A stretch of 64,000 bases of DNA, taken from assembly GCA_030295235.1 (NCBI GenBank), contig AP026167.1:744001-808000 (forward strand), in the 5' to 3' direction. Shown one piece after another: positions 23,567 through 36,270 of this stretch (its first letter is position 1; every line of letters starts with the position of its first letter). The stretch is from Fistulifera solaris (Eukaryota). Under the pieces are notes generated by a model. It was not told the DNA's origin and ran no database searches. It saw nothing but the letters and a program-made list of their open reading frames with translations. Made by a program: the position numbers and the translations under genes.

Positions 23567-24395
23567 AATTACTTCTCTTTTTGTCTTTACAAATGGTTCA
23601 ATGAGTGACTTGTGGTCAGGATGGAACGGAAAACAAACAAAAGGAAGAAAATGCAACAACGATCTTGGACATCCAATCGACGATAAAAGCGAAGGATCGG
23701 ATATTGTTCGAAAGAGCGCAAAACGCAAAAAGTGCCGACAGTCAATACTTTGTAGTCAATGCGACGAAGACTAGTAAAGGTAGTACCGTAGTGGTAGTCA
23801 TTCGTATCTTACCGGCAATTATGAATGACCAGAAACGAGACCCGGATACTAGTATTGTGGCAATCGACTACTCCGTATTCTTTTCCCATTGTTTCGGGTT
23901 AGCTATGCAACATAGTCCTCTTTTATTTCCGCAAGATAGGCTACGCACATGTACAAACAATGATCTTGACTTAGTTCACACTCGAGACGCAGCAAACAGG
24001 TTAGATGCAAGTGTTTGAAAGTCTACGTGTGTTTTTACGTAGCGGCTGTGGGAAATGAATCGATGTAGAAGTCCCGGACATTGTACAATTCGACATCACA
24101 TCCATTTATTGAGTCTCCAGCGATCGAATGTCAGTGCCAATATCTTAAACATAGCTGGGAGACGTAAAGAGGCAGTAATCGGCTCTGACTGGACATTAAA
24201 TCATAAGAAAGCAGAAAGATGGCAACGCTTTGCAAGTCTACGTGGTATTCAATTCGACGCCGCAGGAAAGGGGTAGCCGCATTTTCTCATCTATACATAT
24301 TAATCACTCTGTCATTGGCGGTGGATATCATTTAGCAGCTATTGCCTTTCTATGCTATTCCGATGGCAAGCCAAGTGACATTTTTTAATCCAAAA

Positions 24396-25517
24396 TTACA
24401 ACCAGCCACGTCTGGGCCTGTGCTTCAACACCAAAATGAAGAGCAGAATAAAGATTGTAATCGACAGACAAATAATGCATCTCATAGGACGCGCTGACTT
24501 TTGATGTTTCTCGGCTTTCTCCAGTTGCTTAATACCGGTCTTTGTATGCTCAACTACAGCCTCCATGTTGTAGTCAATACGATCCAAAATAGTTCCTTGA
24601 TCAATGACGAGCACGGCCAACTCCTTGAAAATAGTTCCTAATTCTTCAATACTCTGCGCAATCTTGACGATTTCTTGATCTCGCGAATGAACCGCCGCTG
24701 TCAAATCATCGACAACCGCCATTTGTTGTGTCGTAAAGAAATCTCCCGATTCGGCACCGAGATCGAGTCCTCCTAGATCGGGCGCCAAACCACCATTCTT
24801 TTGTATTTGAACTTCCGCCAAATATTTGCGCTGTGACTGGCGAAATGCTAAGGACTGCTCTTGCAAGCGCTTCGCGAGACTGCGAGTAACGACTCCATTA
24901 GAACACGAACATTCCGCTATGTCACCACACCGATTGCCGTTGACGATGCTACGTACCTCCGTTGTACATTGGTTCCCACCATGGCTTCTTCTCCACCCAC
25001 GCGACGCGTCGCCATTCCCACTTTTTGCAAGAGTCGTTCGGCGTATCGAAATTGATCGGTGAGATCTTGCGTGTAGCGTTCAATTTTGCCCTCCATATTT
25101 TGCAAATCTTTGCCAAACACGGAACCAACGCGCTGTGCGTGCATCGATTTCAGTTGCTCCATCATACTACTGATTTCGGTCAAGCATCCTTCCACGGCCT
25201 GTACGTCATTGACCCATGCCGGTGTCTGACCCATCGCAGTCATTTGAATTCCTTCTTCCGCCAACATCAAATCATGACCACCTGCGGTAAGTTTCTTGTA
25301 CGAATTATCCGCTTTACTCGGACTACCGCCTGAAATGAAAAAGGGGTTGTAAGGAATCGATAAATCATGGATGGGACGATTGAGAGGCCGATGCATTTCC
25401 TTGAAAACAAAAAGACGAGTATATACAAGTATTAATAAATGACTCACCCAAGGTCCGCTTTCGCATCACAGCCGAACGGCGCTCCAAGAACGCCGAAGTA
25501 AGATCTCGAGACGCCAT
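24396..25517 (-). CDS. STX16: Syntaxin-16/Tlg2 Qa-SNARE
   Basis: N-peptide MASRDLTSAFLERR, PAWV, SNARE motif SIEELGTIFKELAVLVIDQGTILDRIDYN and a C-terminal TM helix. Two introns. Confidence 0.92.
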
Positions 25518-25721
25518 GATAGACTAATTTAATGCGGGTTTAAATAAAAACAAATGCTGCACTTTTAGGTCTAAATGAAATGAATGATAAAGGCAATGAT
25601 TGGATGTACAGGTAATGATGGAGGATCGAATAACGCGCGGCGTTCGCCGTGTGTGAAAACGACGGTTGTAACGCCGGTCCCGTTTGTCTGGGTCACGGTT
25701 CTGACGTTGGTTCGTGTTCGT

Positions 25722-26480
25722 TCATTTCTTCCCCGCACTCTTTCGTACCGAAAATCCCGAAGTATTGTGTTCATGGTTCGATTTATTGACCTTCTTCTTC
25801 TTGGTGTTATCATATTTTGGTTTGCGTCGATTCGCTCTCCGGCGCTCCGAATTGAGCGGATGACGATGTTGACTCTTCATTTCACCCCGTGCTCTCCGTT
25901 CTGCGGCTTCTTTTTGCAACCGTTTTTGTTCTTCTCTTCTCATTCGTTCGTCTGGAGTAAGGGAATCCCAGTTGGTCGCACTTTGGCGTCGTCGTTTCGA
26001 GGACGGTTCTTCCGTCACCACGGTTTCATTCTTTTGTGTACTGGGTTCTTCTTTTTCTTCCAACATCGTTCGGGCTTGTTCTTTCACTGCCGCAATGTCC
26101 CCCGTTCGTTCTAAGAGACGAGTCAATGTTCGGCGTTGTTTGGAACTGAGTTTTTCTAAAATAGCATCGAGTTCTGCGTCCTTTTCCGCTTTACTGGAAT
26201 TGTTTTCTGGTTGAATGGGTTTTTCTGTTTTCTCAGTTGAATCATCTTCTGTAGAAGATTGTTGCTGCGTCTCTATTAGAACGGTATCACTCGCCTCATT
26301 ATTGTCCTCTTTTTTCTCTGGATTCCGGTCATGATATCTCTGTATCATTCGACGTTGTTTCGCATTCCATGTGGAAGGATCCTTCTGCAAGAGTTCTTTG
26401 ACGACTGGATCGGATTGAAAGACGGTACGTTCCTCTTTCGAGGGCTCGACCTTTCGTTTGCGCGACGCGAATAATTTCAT
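25722..26480 (-). CDS. Uncharacterised basic/charged (nucleolar-like) protein
   Basis: Intact 252-aa ORF, K/R-rich, with HRHPLNSERRRANRRKP. No family recognised. Confidence 0.65.
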   Translation of the reverse strand: MKLFASRKRKVEPSKEERTVFQSDPVVKELLQKDPSTWNAKQRRMIQRYHDRNPEKKEDNNEASDTVLIETQQQSSTEDDSTEKTEKPIQPENNSSKAEKDAELDAILEKLSSKQRRTLTRLLERTGDIAAVKEQARTMLEEKEEPSTQKNETVVTEEPSSKRRRQSATNWDSLTPDERMRREEQKRLQKEAAERRARGEMKSQHRHPLNSERRRANRRKPKYDNTKKKKVNKSNHEHNTSGFSVRKSAGKK

Positions 26481-26819
26481 TTCTTAATATATTATACGAG
26501 GTGAGAATAAAACTTTGTAGGTAGTGTTGGTTAATGTTGTTTGCTTATGTGGATTTTGGTTGAAAGAAGGAAAGAAAGAAAAATATAATTAGAAAAAGTG
26601 CATGCAACCACTTTTTTCGATGGCGGAGGACAGGCGTCTGTCCTGCATCCGGAAGACGAAACTTGCACCGCCCGCATCGCGATCTCGCGTCTCCCGCCAT
26701 CGCATTATTTCCACGACGTGTCACAAAAACATAGGAAACCGACGAGAAGCTCAAGAAACGATACCCTACCTACAATACTCGACAACCTCAAACTCATTAA
26801 CAGTAAAATATTTGAGAGA

Positions 26820-28157
26820 ATGACTGTACGACACATTCTGGGGAGGAGCTGGCAAAGTGCCGTAGGAGGAAGAACGATCATCACGACCCGACCAAGTTCT
26901 TCACCGACAAACGCAAATACGACAACAATTCGACCTCTGTCGTTAGGACCGTTTTTACAGAGCACACTTCTTCTTCTTCTTCAGAAAGTACAGCTCCTAA
27001 TTCATCTTTCTCATCGTTGCCTGTTTCACGTCTCAAAAGTACCATGACAACTCCGCCCCGCTTTGCACCCTCGTCTCCTTCACCGTTTTACTTCAATTCC
27101 GATTTGCGTCGACGCAAAGCACGCCGCACCAAACACAGTCCCGTCCAGCAGCAGCATCATCATCATCATCAACAACAACAACAACAACAATCATCATTGA
27201 CCAGTGCTCCCGCCGACGATGCTGTTACAGGACAGTTACTACCCGTCACCGCGCGTCATATCGCACAGAACATTGATCTGTTTTCCGTACTCAAACGTGT
27301 CTTTTCCGGAACACGAGCTCCCACCAAACAAAAAGTTTTTGGCAATAAATACTTTGTTCTCGAAATGCCCACCACTATTCCCTCGAAACCCAGTTACGTG
27401 GCGGTCTTCAAATTTGGTTCCATTGTGGCCCTCAATGTATCACCTCGTGATCTCGATGTCTGGATTCAAGAAATCAAGCAGATGCACGTCAAAGACCCGG
27501 CACTGTCGGGTTTTGAGCGCAAAGAAAAATTATGGTATCTTAGTCGATGCCTCACAATCCGCCTTTGATGTCAGTACGGCCCATGCGGACGACAATCTCG
27601 TGGTCGCCGAGGAAAATGTCGTAGTGACGGGAGACATGTGTATTGTACCGGAACTTGATGTGAACGGAGTCGCCGTCATTGCCAATATTATGGCGCAAAC
27701 CGTGGCACTCGACAGTTACAATGAATTGGTCGACGGATTGCTCAGTAACTTTGCCGAAATCAATGCCAAAGTCACGGAAACCGGAAAATTCACCCAAGCC
27801 GACAAGGACTTTTTATTCCGATCCGTGGCACAGAACAATAGTATCTTTATTGATATGATCAGTCGTGTCCGCATTAAAGATCGATCCGATATGGCGTGGC
27901 ATTACGCCAAGTACGAAAAAATTCATTCCGGAATGAAACAAGAGTTTGAAATCGACGATCGATTCGATCATATTGAGTTCAAACTGAATTTGATTCAACA
28001 GAATGCCAAGTTCTTTTTGGAAGTCTTGCAACATCAGAAGAGTAATTCGTTGGAATGGATCATTGTGGCGTTGATTTCCGTGGAGTGCGTCATTATGTGC
28101 ATCGATATGACGGGCATGGGTGAGCCTTTATTCAAGACATTGTCGAGCATAATTTAA
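26820..28157 (+). CDS. RMND1/Rmd1/Sif2-like DUF155 protein, probably mitochondrial
   Basis: VFKFGSIVALN, AQTVALD, EFEIDDRF..IEFKLN and SNSLEWIIVALI. R/S/T-rich presequence from 26820. Indels at ~26955 and ~27525. Contains a poly-Q/H microsatellite at ~27146-27190. Confidence 0.85.
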
Positions 28158-28667
28158 ACTAAAAGATGTAGATTGTTAGTTCGTAAGCTCACTGGGTGAT
28201 ACATAATTGAACGAGTTGAGTTTAGGAGTAGACTTTCGCTAGTCTTCAAATATCTATTGCGGGCACCGCTCTCTACAAAGTACTAGTCAAAAGCCATGTA
28301 TTACAAATTGTTGATGTTTCTCTTCGTACGAAAGGGTTAATGTTATTTGTCCCGACGAGCGAAATAATGTTGTTGATCGTGAAAAAGACCCCGACTGATT
28401 ATTCCAGATCTAACTACTAACCCCTTCAAGGACTTCAAGGGCTATCGAGCTATTGACTAATAAGTGTACGAAACCAGTAGGACTCAATGATGCCTCACAT
28501 TTTCAACTCAGTCGAGACAATAAACCGAACTCTCACATTTTCGTTTGTTGCTAATGCGAATCATCGTCAAAAATGTCCATCAAAATGACGGCTTTACAAA
28601 TAAGCATTGGAACACTTTCCTTGCTTCATAATTTTATGAAAAGTTAGCGTGAACCGTTCATAACATC

Positions 28668-30049
28668 ATGTGGCATCGTCTCTTCTCTTTCGCTGCACTA
28701 ATCATCTTGCTTCAAAGGATGCCGATGCACAAGATGCATCGTATGGTGTCGATTGTTCGTTTCCGATTTTCAGTAAGGATCTGAAATGCGGGGATCTGCT
28801 AGGTGACCGAAAAGCCGTTTATGACGAATTTATGGACGGATGTCGCAAATTCTACGGAGCTAAAGGTAATCGATGTGATACAACAGAAGATGATCGCATC
28901 GCTATGGATATTTATCAGCCCCAGTCAATGGTGGTAAGTTAAAGGGTAACAGCGACGATAACAAGCAATAAAACCTGTCTTCCGGAAGCTTACTTACAAT
29001 CTTTTCCGCGTAACGACTTTTTCTAGAACTATACGTCGACAGGATTCAAGAAGATCAAGGCCCCTAAAGCAGTCATGGATCTCCTTCTAGATCACTGGAA
29101 TAAAAACAAACAAGATAGAAAAGAGGAACGCTGGCCAGCGGGTAACATTTACGTAAATCATTGGTCATCACCGACGTATATGGTAAGCGTTGAAGATCAT
29201 TCGCTCCGCGGTGGTGGATACAAACTGAAGACGGATATTTGGGATGCTGTGAAATCGACGATTGAAGAGTGGACAGGAATGGAGCAAAATCCAATTTCTA
29301 TGTACGGTATTCGGGTCTACACAGACGGGGCCATCTTGAATCCCCATGCCGACCGTCTTCCTTTGGTGAGTTCTTGCATTATCAACGTGGCACAAGATGT
29401 TGACGAACCGTGGCCATTAGAAGTATATGATAGGAACAATAACGCTGTCAATGTCACTATGGAGCCCGGAGACATGGTTTTGTACGAGTCAGGGTCGCTG
29501 ATCCATGGACGACCGTTCGCACTGAAGGGCAAGTATTTCGCAAACATTTTCATTCACTTTGAGCCCACTGGTCGTCGATTGCATGACAATTCGGATGAAT
29601 ATCTGGACGATCTGGACTCCTTTTTACCACCTTACGTTATTCCTGACTCACCTGGCGCCGCCGAATGGTCGAAAAAGAATCCACAAGGGTGGAAGAAGCC
29701 GACTCCATCGGCCCCGATTCAACAAATCAATTCTCCCGAGAGTCATTATGCTGCCGCCCATGGAGATTTATCACGTTTGGAGTCAGCGTTACAAAAAGAT
29801 CACCGCCTCTTACACAAGAAAGATAACAATGGATGGTTGCCTTTGCACGAGGCAACGCGTGCTGGTCACCAAGACGTTGTGGAATTCTTAATCAAAAATG
29901 GGGCAGATATAAATGCTCGTACCGGAAGAACAGGCGAGGGTAGCACACCTTTGAATCTAGCTTTGGCTTATCACGGCCCTGATCATGATCTCTGTAAGTA
30001 CCTTCAGAGTCTCGGCGCAGCAAACTTACCCGACAATGGTGAGCTGTAA
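28668..30049 (+). CDS. Secretory-pathway 2OG-Fe(II) oxygenase (prolyl-hydroxylase-like) with C-terminal ankyrin repeats, copy 1
   Basis: Signal peptide (1-nt indel at ~28715), 4-Cys N-domain, intron 28934-29026, LNPHADR...EPGDMVLYES..IHGRP triad, ankyrin GWLPLHEA and C-terminal DNGEL. Confidence 0.85.
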
Positions 30050-30504
30050 CCATCGCGAATCATCCGAATTATTCGAATATCTGCGATCAATATACTTGGA
30101 TCGTTTCATAGCAAGAACAATTTTATAATTGAAGCCTAGTCAGAATGCATACACTCTATTTCGTCAATTCCTCCTCCACTCTTTCGTTCCATCATCTTCC
30201 GTGTCAAGTCATCAAAATCGAAGGTCTCTCTCTTTTGACGGATTGGGCGTTTCGTCTTTTTGAATTCGACGTTGAGCGTTATTTACAGTTACTCTCATAT
30301 TGTACTCTGCCAGAATGAGTTGGTGGGCTTCTTTTGCTCGCCATTTTGCAGACTTCAAACCCGAACTGCAAAAATCCATTGGTGTTAATCCGAACCGTGC
30401 CCCTTTTTCTACGACAACCAGAGTGTTTGCCTATTTATTGAAACAACGGATCGTCCATCAAGCCACAAAACACAAAACTGCGCCGTAACAATTGGAAGTA
30501 CATC

Positions 30505-31861
30505 ATGACCCGCTCTTTATTGGTTGCATGGTCCATACTCCTTCTTGCACAGGGCGAGGAATACGCGACCGACTGTTCCTTTCCAATTTTCAGCACCGAT
30601 TTTAAATGCGGCGACAAGCTGGGTGATCGACGAACATTCTACGAAGATTATATCGAAGGATGCCGCCAATATCACGGGCCACAGAAAGCGAAACGTTGTG
30701 ACGCAACTGAAGCCGACCGCATAGACATGAACAATCGTCAGCCTCAATCCATGGTGGTAGGTAGCACGTAGATGCTTAGGAGAATGAGAGTGTCTTGTTC
30801 CAATTTTTCCTTACACATTTTGTGATAACTTTTTTCCGCAGAATTACACAAGCACGGGTTTCATGAAAATACGGGCACCGAAGGAGGTCATGGCCTTACT
30901 GACTCGGCACTGGGAAACCAACAAAGTCAACATGAAGGAAGAGAAATGGCCCGTGGGAAGTATATACGTGAATTATTGGGAATCGAAAACGTACATGGTC
31001 TCCGTTGAAGATACTAAGTTACGCGGAGCTGGTGTAACGCTCAAAGAAAAGATCTGGGATGCCGCTAAGTCGACCATCGAGCAATGGACTGGAATGGAAT
31101 TAAAGCCAACAAGCATGTATGGTATTCGCATGTACACCGAAGGCGCTGTCCTAAGCCCCCACGCAGATCGCCTTCCTTTGGTCAGCTCTTGTATCATTAA
31201 CGTCGATCAAGATGTCGATGAGCCGTGGCCTCTCGAAGTGTACGATCGACAGGGAAACGCCGTGAATGTGACGATGGAACCGGGGGATATGGTGCTTTAC
31301 GAATCGGGATCTCTAATTCATGGCCGTCCCTTTCCGTTGAAAGGTCGTTTCTTTGCCAACATTTTTATTCACTTCGAGCCAACCGGTCGTCCATTGTACG
31401 CCACAGGTGATGAATACTTGGACGAACTCGACGACTTTCTCCCTCCCTATCTTGTCCCCGGATCTCCGGAAACCGCTCACTGGACTGCACAAAATCCACA
31501 TGGTTGGAAGAAATCAGGACCCGCTGCTCCGGTGAAGCAAATAAACGCACCCAAGGGTCATTTCGCGGCAGCTGTTGGAGACGTGGATAGAATCATTGAA
31601 CTCTCGGAAAAGGACCCTTTGTCACTTCATCGTAAGGATGCCAACGGTTGGGCTCCCATTCACGAGGCAGTCCGAAGTGGCTTTACCGAAATTGTGGGTT
31701 ATCTGATTGAACACGGATCACCGAAGGATACGAGAACCGGCCATGGCAATGAAGGAGCCAGTCCTCTGAATTTAGCATTGATGTATCACGGTGAAGATCA
31801 TCCTGTGGTTGAATACCTTCGAAGTATCGGCGCTTTAGATATCGGTGAAGGAGAATTGTGA
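30505..31861 (+). CDS. 2OG-Fe(II) oxygenase-ankyrin, copy 2
   Basis: Same architecture. Intron 30757-30841 at the same site (after PQSMV); ends EGEL. Confidence 0.88.
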
Positions 31862-32524
31862 GAGCATAATCAGGAGAATCGGGGTATCATTCATCGTCGC
31901 GTAAAACAATGACAGAAATAAATCGAAAGAAGGAACTGTTTTCAATAGATTGAAAAAGTATAGCATTAACATCAAACCAGCCGTGTTCGATCTAGCCGAC
32001 ATTATTCACTGCAAGTCATCGCATTATTCATTGCAATTAGTATTTGCATGCCTCAAAGAAGCTTGAATCGTTGACGGAGAATAGTCCAAGTACCACCTCT
32101 GGACACTTTTTCATCAGCGCATGATTTCTGACAAGTGCATGAATCATCATATACAAGTATATACCGTTTTATTGTTTCTCGCTTCGCAAGTCGTCATGAT
32201 GCAATCAACTCATTTGTCCTCGTCGCAGCCTCGTCGTGATTTTTTTTGCCTCGTCCGTCCATCATGCGCCGCAGGGATGCGCCTTGTCCGTTGCGAACCC
32301 GTGAAACACTTTTCACGGTACTGGTACCGGTACTCGATGATGTGCCAATTGCGTAAGTTCTATCCCTGTTTGTGTAGGCAACCTTTTACTGAAAACGGAA
32401 AACCGGCAACGGCAGGCGACAACGACGAAAAGGGGACACTTTTGCTTTTTCATTTTTAATAATTCAATTTCGACTTCTTGTGAGCGTTATTTCAATCCGT
32501 TTGGCATAATACTTTTAGTAAAAC

Positions 32525-33867
32525 ATGCGGTATACATCCGTCCTTTCCAATTTATTGTGGCCCCTCGCTACAACGACAACAGAATACGGCGCCGACTGCT
32601 CGTGGCCGATCTTCAGCACCAACTTTAGTTGTGATGATCGACTCGGGGATCGTGCTGCGGAATATTATGACTTTATACACAAATGTCACGAATACGGAGG
32701 TCCCAAAGGAAAGAAAGCGTGTGATCAAACAGAAATGGATCGTCTGGAAATGAATGCCCGCCAGCCCAAGGCGATGGTGGTACGGAAACTTTCCCCATGG
32801 CATTCGTAATAGCGTCTTGTTGATCGTTGATCGCTAACCCTTTCGTGTTCTCGGCCTTTTAGAATTACACAGGAACCGGATTTACCAAAATCAAAGCACC
32901 ACAAACCGTTATGGACTTAATTATACAACATTGGGAAGCTAATAAAGAAACGATGACCGAAGAAAGCTGGCCGAAAGGCAGTATATATTTGAATTATTGG
33001 GAATCAAAGACATACATGGTGGCGGTCGAGGATCGGAATTTAAAAGGAGCCGGAGACAAATTGAAAGAACAAATTTGGGATGCCGCCAAGACGACAATCG
33101 AGGCATGGACGAATGTGGAAATACAACCGACGAGCATGTATGGAATTCGTGTGTATACGGAAGGAGCGATCCTCAGCCCACATGTCGATCGTCTTCCGTT
33201 GGTCAGCTCATGTATCATCAATGTGGCACAAGATGTTGACGAACCATGGCCGCTTGAAGTGTACGATCGACAGGGGAATGCTGTGAATGTGACGATGGAA
33301 CCAGGGGATATGGTGCTTTACGAATCGGGCTCGACATTGCACGGTCGACCTTTTCCTCTCAAAGGTCGTTATTACGCCAATATCTTCATACACTTTGAAC
33401 CTCTCACTCGCCCTGCTGGTGATCATTCCGCTCTTGATGAGTTATTACCGCCGTATTTGATCCCTGGTACGGCGGCGGCACAAAATTGGTTAATAGAAAA
33501 TCCCGACGGATGGAACAAACCTTCACCAGCGTTTCCTGCTCAGCCATCGGATCAACCAGAAGGACATTATGCCGCGGCTATTGGAGATTATTATCGATTG
33601 AAAGAGTTAGCCCAAGAAGATCCAGAGTCTCTTCATCGAAAAGACTCCAACGGATGGTTGCCGATCCACGAAGCAGCGCGTTCTGGTCATACTGATATTG
33701 TGGAACTACTGATCCAACATGGTGCAGAAAAGGATGCTCGAACGGGATTGAGTGACAATGGTAGCAGTCTTTTGAATATGGCACTGGAATTCCACGGCGA
33801 AGATCACCCTCTGACCGCGTTCTTGTTTAGTATCGGAGCGCAAGATATTGGTTATGGAGAATTATAA
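32525..33867 (+). CDS. 2OG-Fe(II) oxygenase-ankyrin, copy 3
   Basis: Same architecture. Intron 32780-32862; HVDR...HGRP; ends YGEL. Confidence 0.88.
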
Positions 33868-34065
33868 ATAACCCGGAAAGATGATTGGTTTGTGTTTGTC
33901 ATCTTTTGTTACGTGAAGTAGTCTAGACTCTCTCGATTGTAATGCACTTAAAATGTCGTCACTACCAATCGCTGCAGGGATATTGGATGCGCGGCATGAA
34001 TCTGCGAAACCAAACTTTTTTATTTGAAAACGGGCAGTGTATTACATGTACCGATCAACACAACA

Positions 34066-34270
34066 CCCACAGAAAATCTGGGGGTTTTGTGTTTTCACGT
34101 CCCCAGAAAATCTATAAAAGGACAAGTTTCAAAAAAAAAAAAGAAAAATCTGGGGGTGTGGTGTTTTGAACTATCCAGAAAATCTGGGAGATCGGTTTAT
34201 TCGTCTGGTTGACCTCGCCAGAAAAACTGGGCGTATGGTGTTTTCACGTCCCCAGAAAATCTGGGTCACC
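34066..34270. repeat. Array of about six CCCAGAAAATCTGGG palindromes spaced 33-43 bp
   Basis: Copies at ~34068, 34102, 34141, 34174, 34217 and 34251 (perfect copy 34251-34265). Several intervening sequences share GTGTTTTCACGTC. Confidence 0.85.
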
Positions 34271-34501
34271 GGTTTCTTCACCTTCGCAGAAAGACCAAGG
34301 ACAAAACAAAACGAAAAATTCACACAGCGAAAAGAGCGAAAGGTCATGATCATTCATTCGAGAAAGATTGCCAGGTACCAGGTACTGTGATTCAAGAACG
34401 GCATGCGGGAACTCTCTCACAACATTCGCAATAAAGAAGGACGCAATCAAGGCGTCGGCAACAGGCGGATAAGAACCTTTTTGCAACAGCAACTACCTCA
34501 T

Positions 34502-35690
34502 ATTAAAGTTGCCGTTCAAAGCTTCCTCCAGCACTCTCTGCGAGACGACGATTCTGATCCAGACAAAGTGCCGTCTTACGAAGGAAAAGATCCTAGCCTT
34601 CAAGAAAAACTTTGGTACTCTACATACCACAGTCGACCAGAAACGGGCTAACACTGCTGCTCGCGTTGTAAGACGGCTTGGTACTGCAACCGAGAATGCC
34701 AGAAAGCTCATTATCATCACATAAGCAGTTCTGTGTGCTGGTTGCGGACGCTTTCATAAAAGTCGAACAGATAGGCTGTGACTTTACGCAGCATGACCCT
34801 TGATAGCTATGCTGAACTGAACTGCAAAACTTCTTGGAAACACGAGTTGGGCTTTTTGGACCAAATCTTCAAGCGCAGACATACATGAGAGCCCGCCGAC
34901 ATTTAGTCGACAGTCGACATGTACGCGCAGGCAGCGCATGCTGTAGAAAACAAACCGTTCTGGGAAATGGCTTTTTCTCACGCCCTAAAACTCCTGCGGC
35001 TGGATTTCGGTGACAGAATTGAAACGCGGCTTGTGATGCCTTTCATTCTTCTAAACCTTCACTAGGATGACGAAGCTTTTGATTTTATTCGATATTTGAT
35101 GAATATAGATCTCAGTCACCAGGAAGTTCGTTTTGCGTTGATGATTCATCATCATTGGAATCACGAGAGGGGGCTAGTGGCTGTACCCAAGAAACGAAAG
35201 CTGTCGTTTTATGGACATTTTAAAGATATTCCCAAACTAGACAATCCGAATGCACCTTTGGTGTTTCTGGTTGCCCTCCTCATTTTAAAATGCTGCATTC
35301 TAGCAACATATTCCGCCACCTGTCGGTCTGCTGATTTGGCATTTGAAACAACAAACGGACACCACACCCAAGAGGTTCGTTTCGTAGTGCATTGAAAGAA
35401 ATGTTACTGAATGACCAAATAATGAATATCGAGAATCAACGACAGGAATTCGAGCGACTTTTGAACCTTATTCACCGACAAAACGGCATCATCCTTCTTG
35501 CTTATATCTCAACCCGGAACCACTCTTGATAAAAATTTAAAGGCTTGCACGCGATTAAGTTTAAAATATTAACCTGGTGATACTTTGTTGGTACTTACGC
35601 AAAGCGCCCGCTGTCTGGCTCGTGTGCCTAGCGCTAAAATCTTACTTGAACAACGCTTTGGTAAAAGTCCGTCTTACAGTTTGGGATGAT
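34502..35690 (+). pseudogene. Degenerate tandem duplicate of the MYND-finger gene
   Basis: Colinear with 36271-37415 (DDSDPDK.PSYEGKDP.LQE; FILLNL*DDEAFDFIRY; ERFGK.PSY.LG*). ATG is changed to ATT, the first Cys ligands are lost, and there are several nonsense substitutions and indels. Confidence 0.85.
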
Positions 35691-36270
35691 ATAATACCTA
35701 ATAATTGATCTCCGATGTTTAGAAAAGCTCTGTCAAGTATACCATAAAAAATGGAGTGTTGACGGTTAGCTTTGGTTTCGTCGACTAATCGATACGCTCA
35801 CGATGGATTGGAAATGGCTTAAAGAGCTATGCCGATAACAAAGACAGAAAAGTTAAAAAGCTAGCTAGTCTATGTGTGTACTTATAATGGACCTTTTCGG
35901 TTTGTCGACTAGAGAACTTTAATACGGAGTCGAAATTTCAGGGATCAAATTATTTTCACGACTGCATCTCAGTCATGAATGAATCATCATCACTAACATC
36001 ACAAAATCGTCCGTCCGTTACTCGCTTCCCTGTAACTTGCTTTCAAGCCCAGAGTACATTACCGAACGGACATTATTTTTGATGAAGCAGGAACGGAAAG
36101 TGAGAATAAAAACGACAAAGTTCGATGACAGGCAAAGAACGGTCATTATTTCAAGAAAGATACGCAGTGATCGAACAATACAGCATGCGGGAACTCTCTC
36201 ACAACACACTTACTAGTAGTCAAGGCGTTGACAAGGCCGATAAGCAGCATCTTCTGCACAAAGACAGATA

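Noticed and set aside
32846..32862. U2 snRNA-like TTCTCGGCCTTTT
   Set aside because: It is the polypyrimidine tract and acceptor of the copy-3 intron; the rest of U2 is absent.
34066..34270. CRISPR array
   Set aside because: The repeats are only 15 bp and degenerate, the spacers resemble each other, the context is eukaryotic and there are no cas genes.
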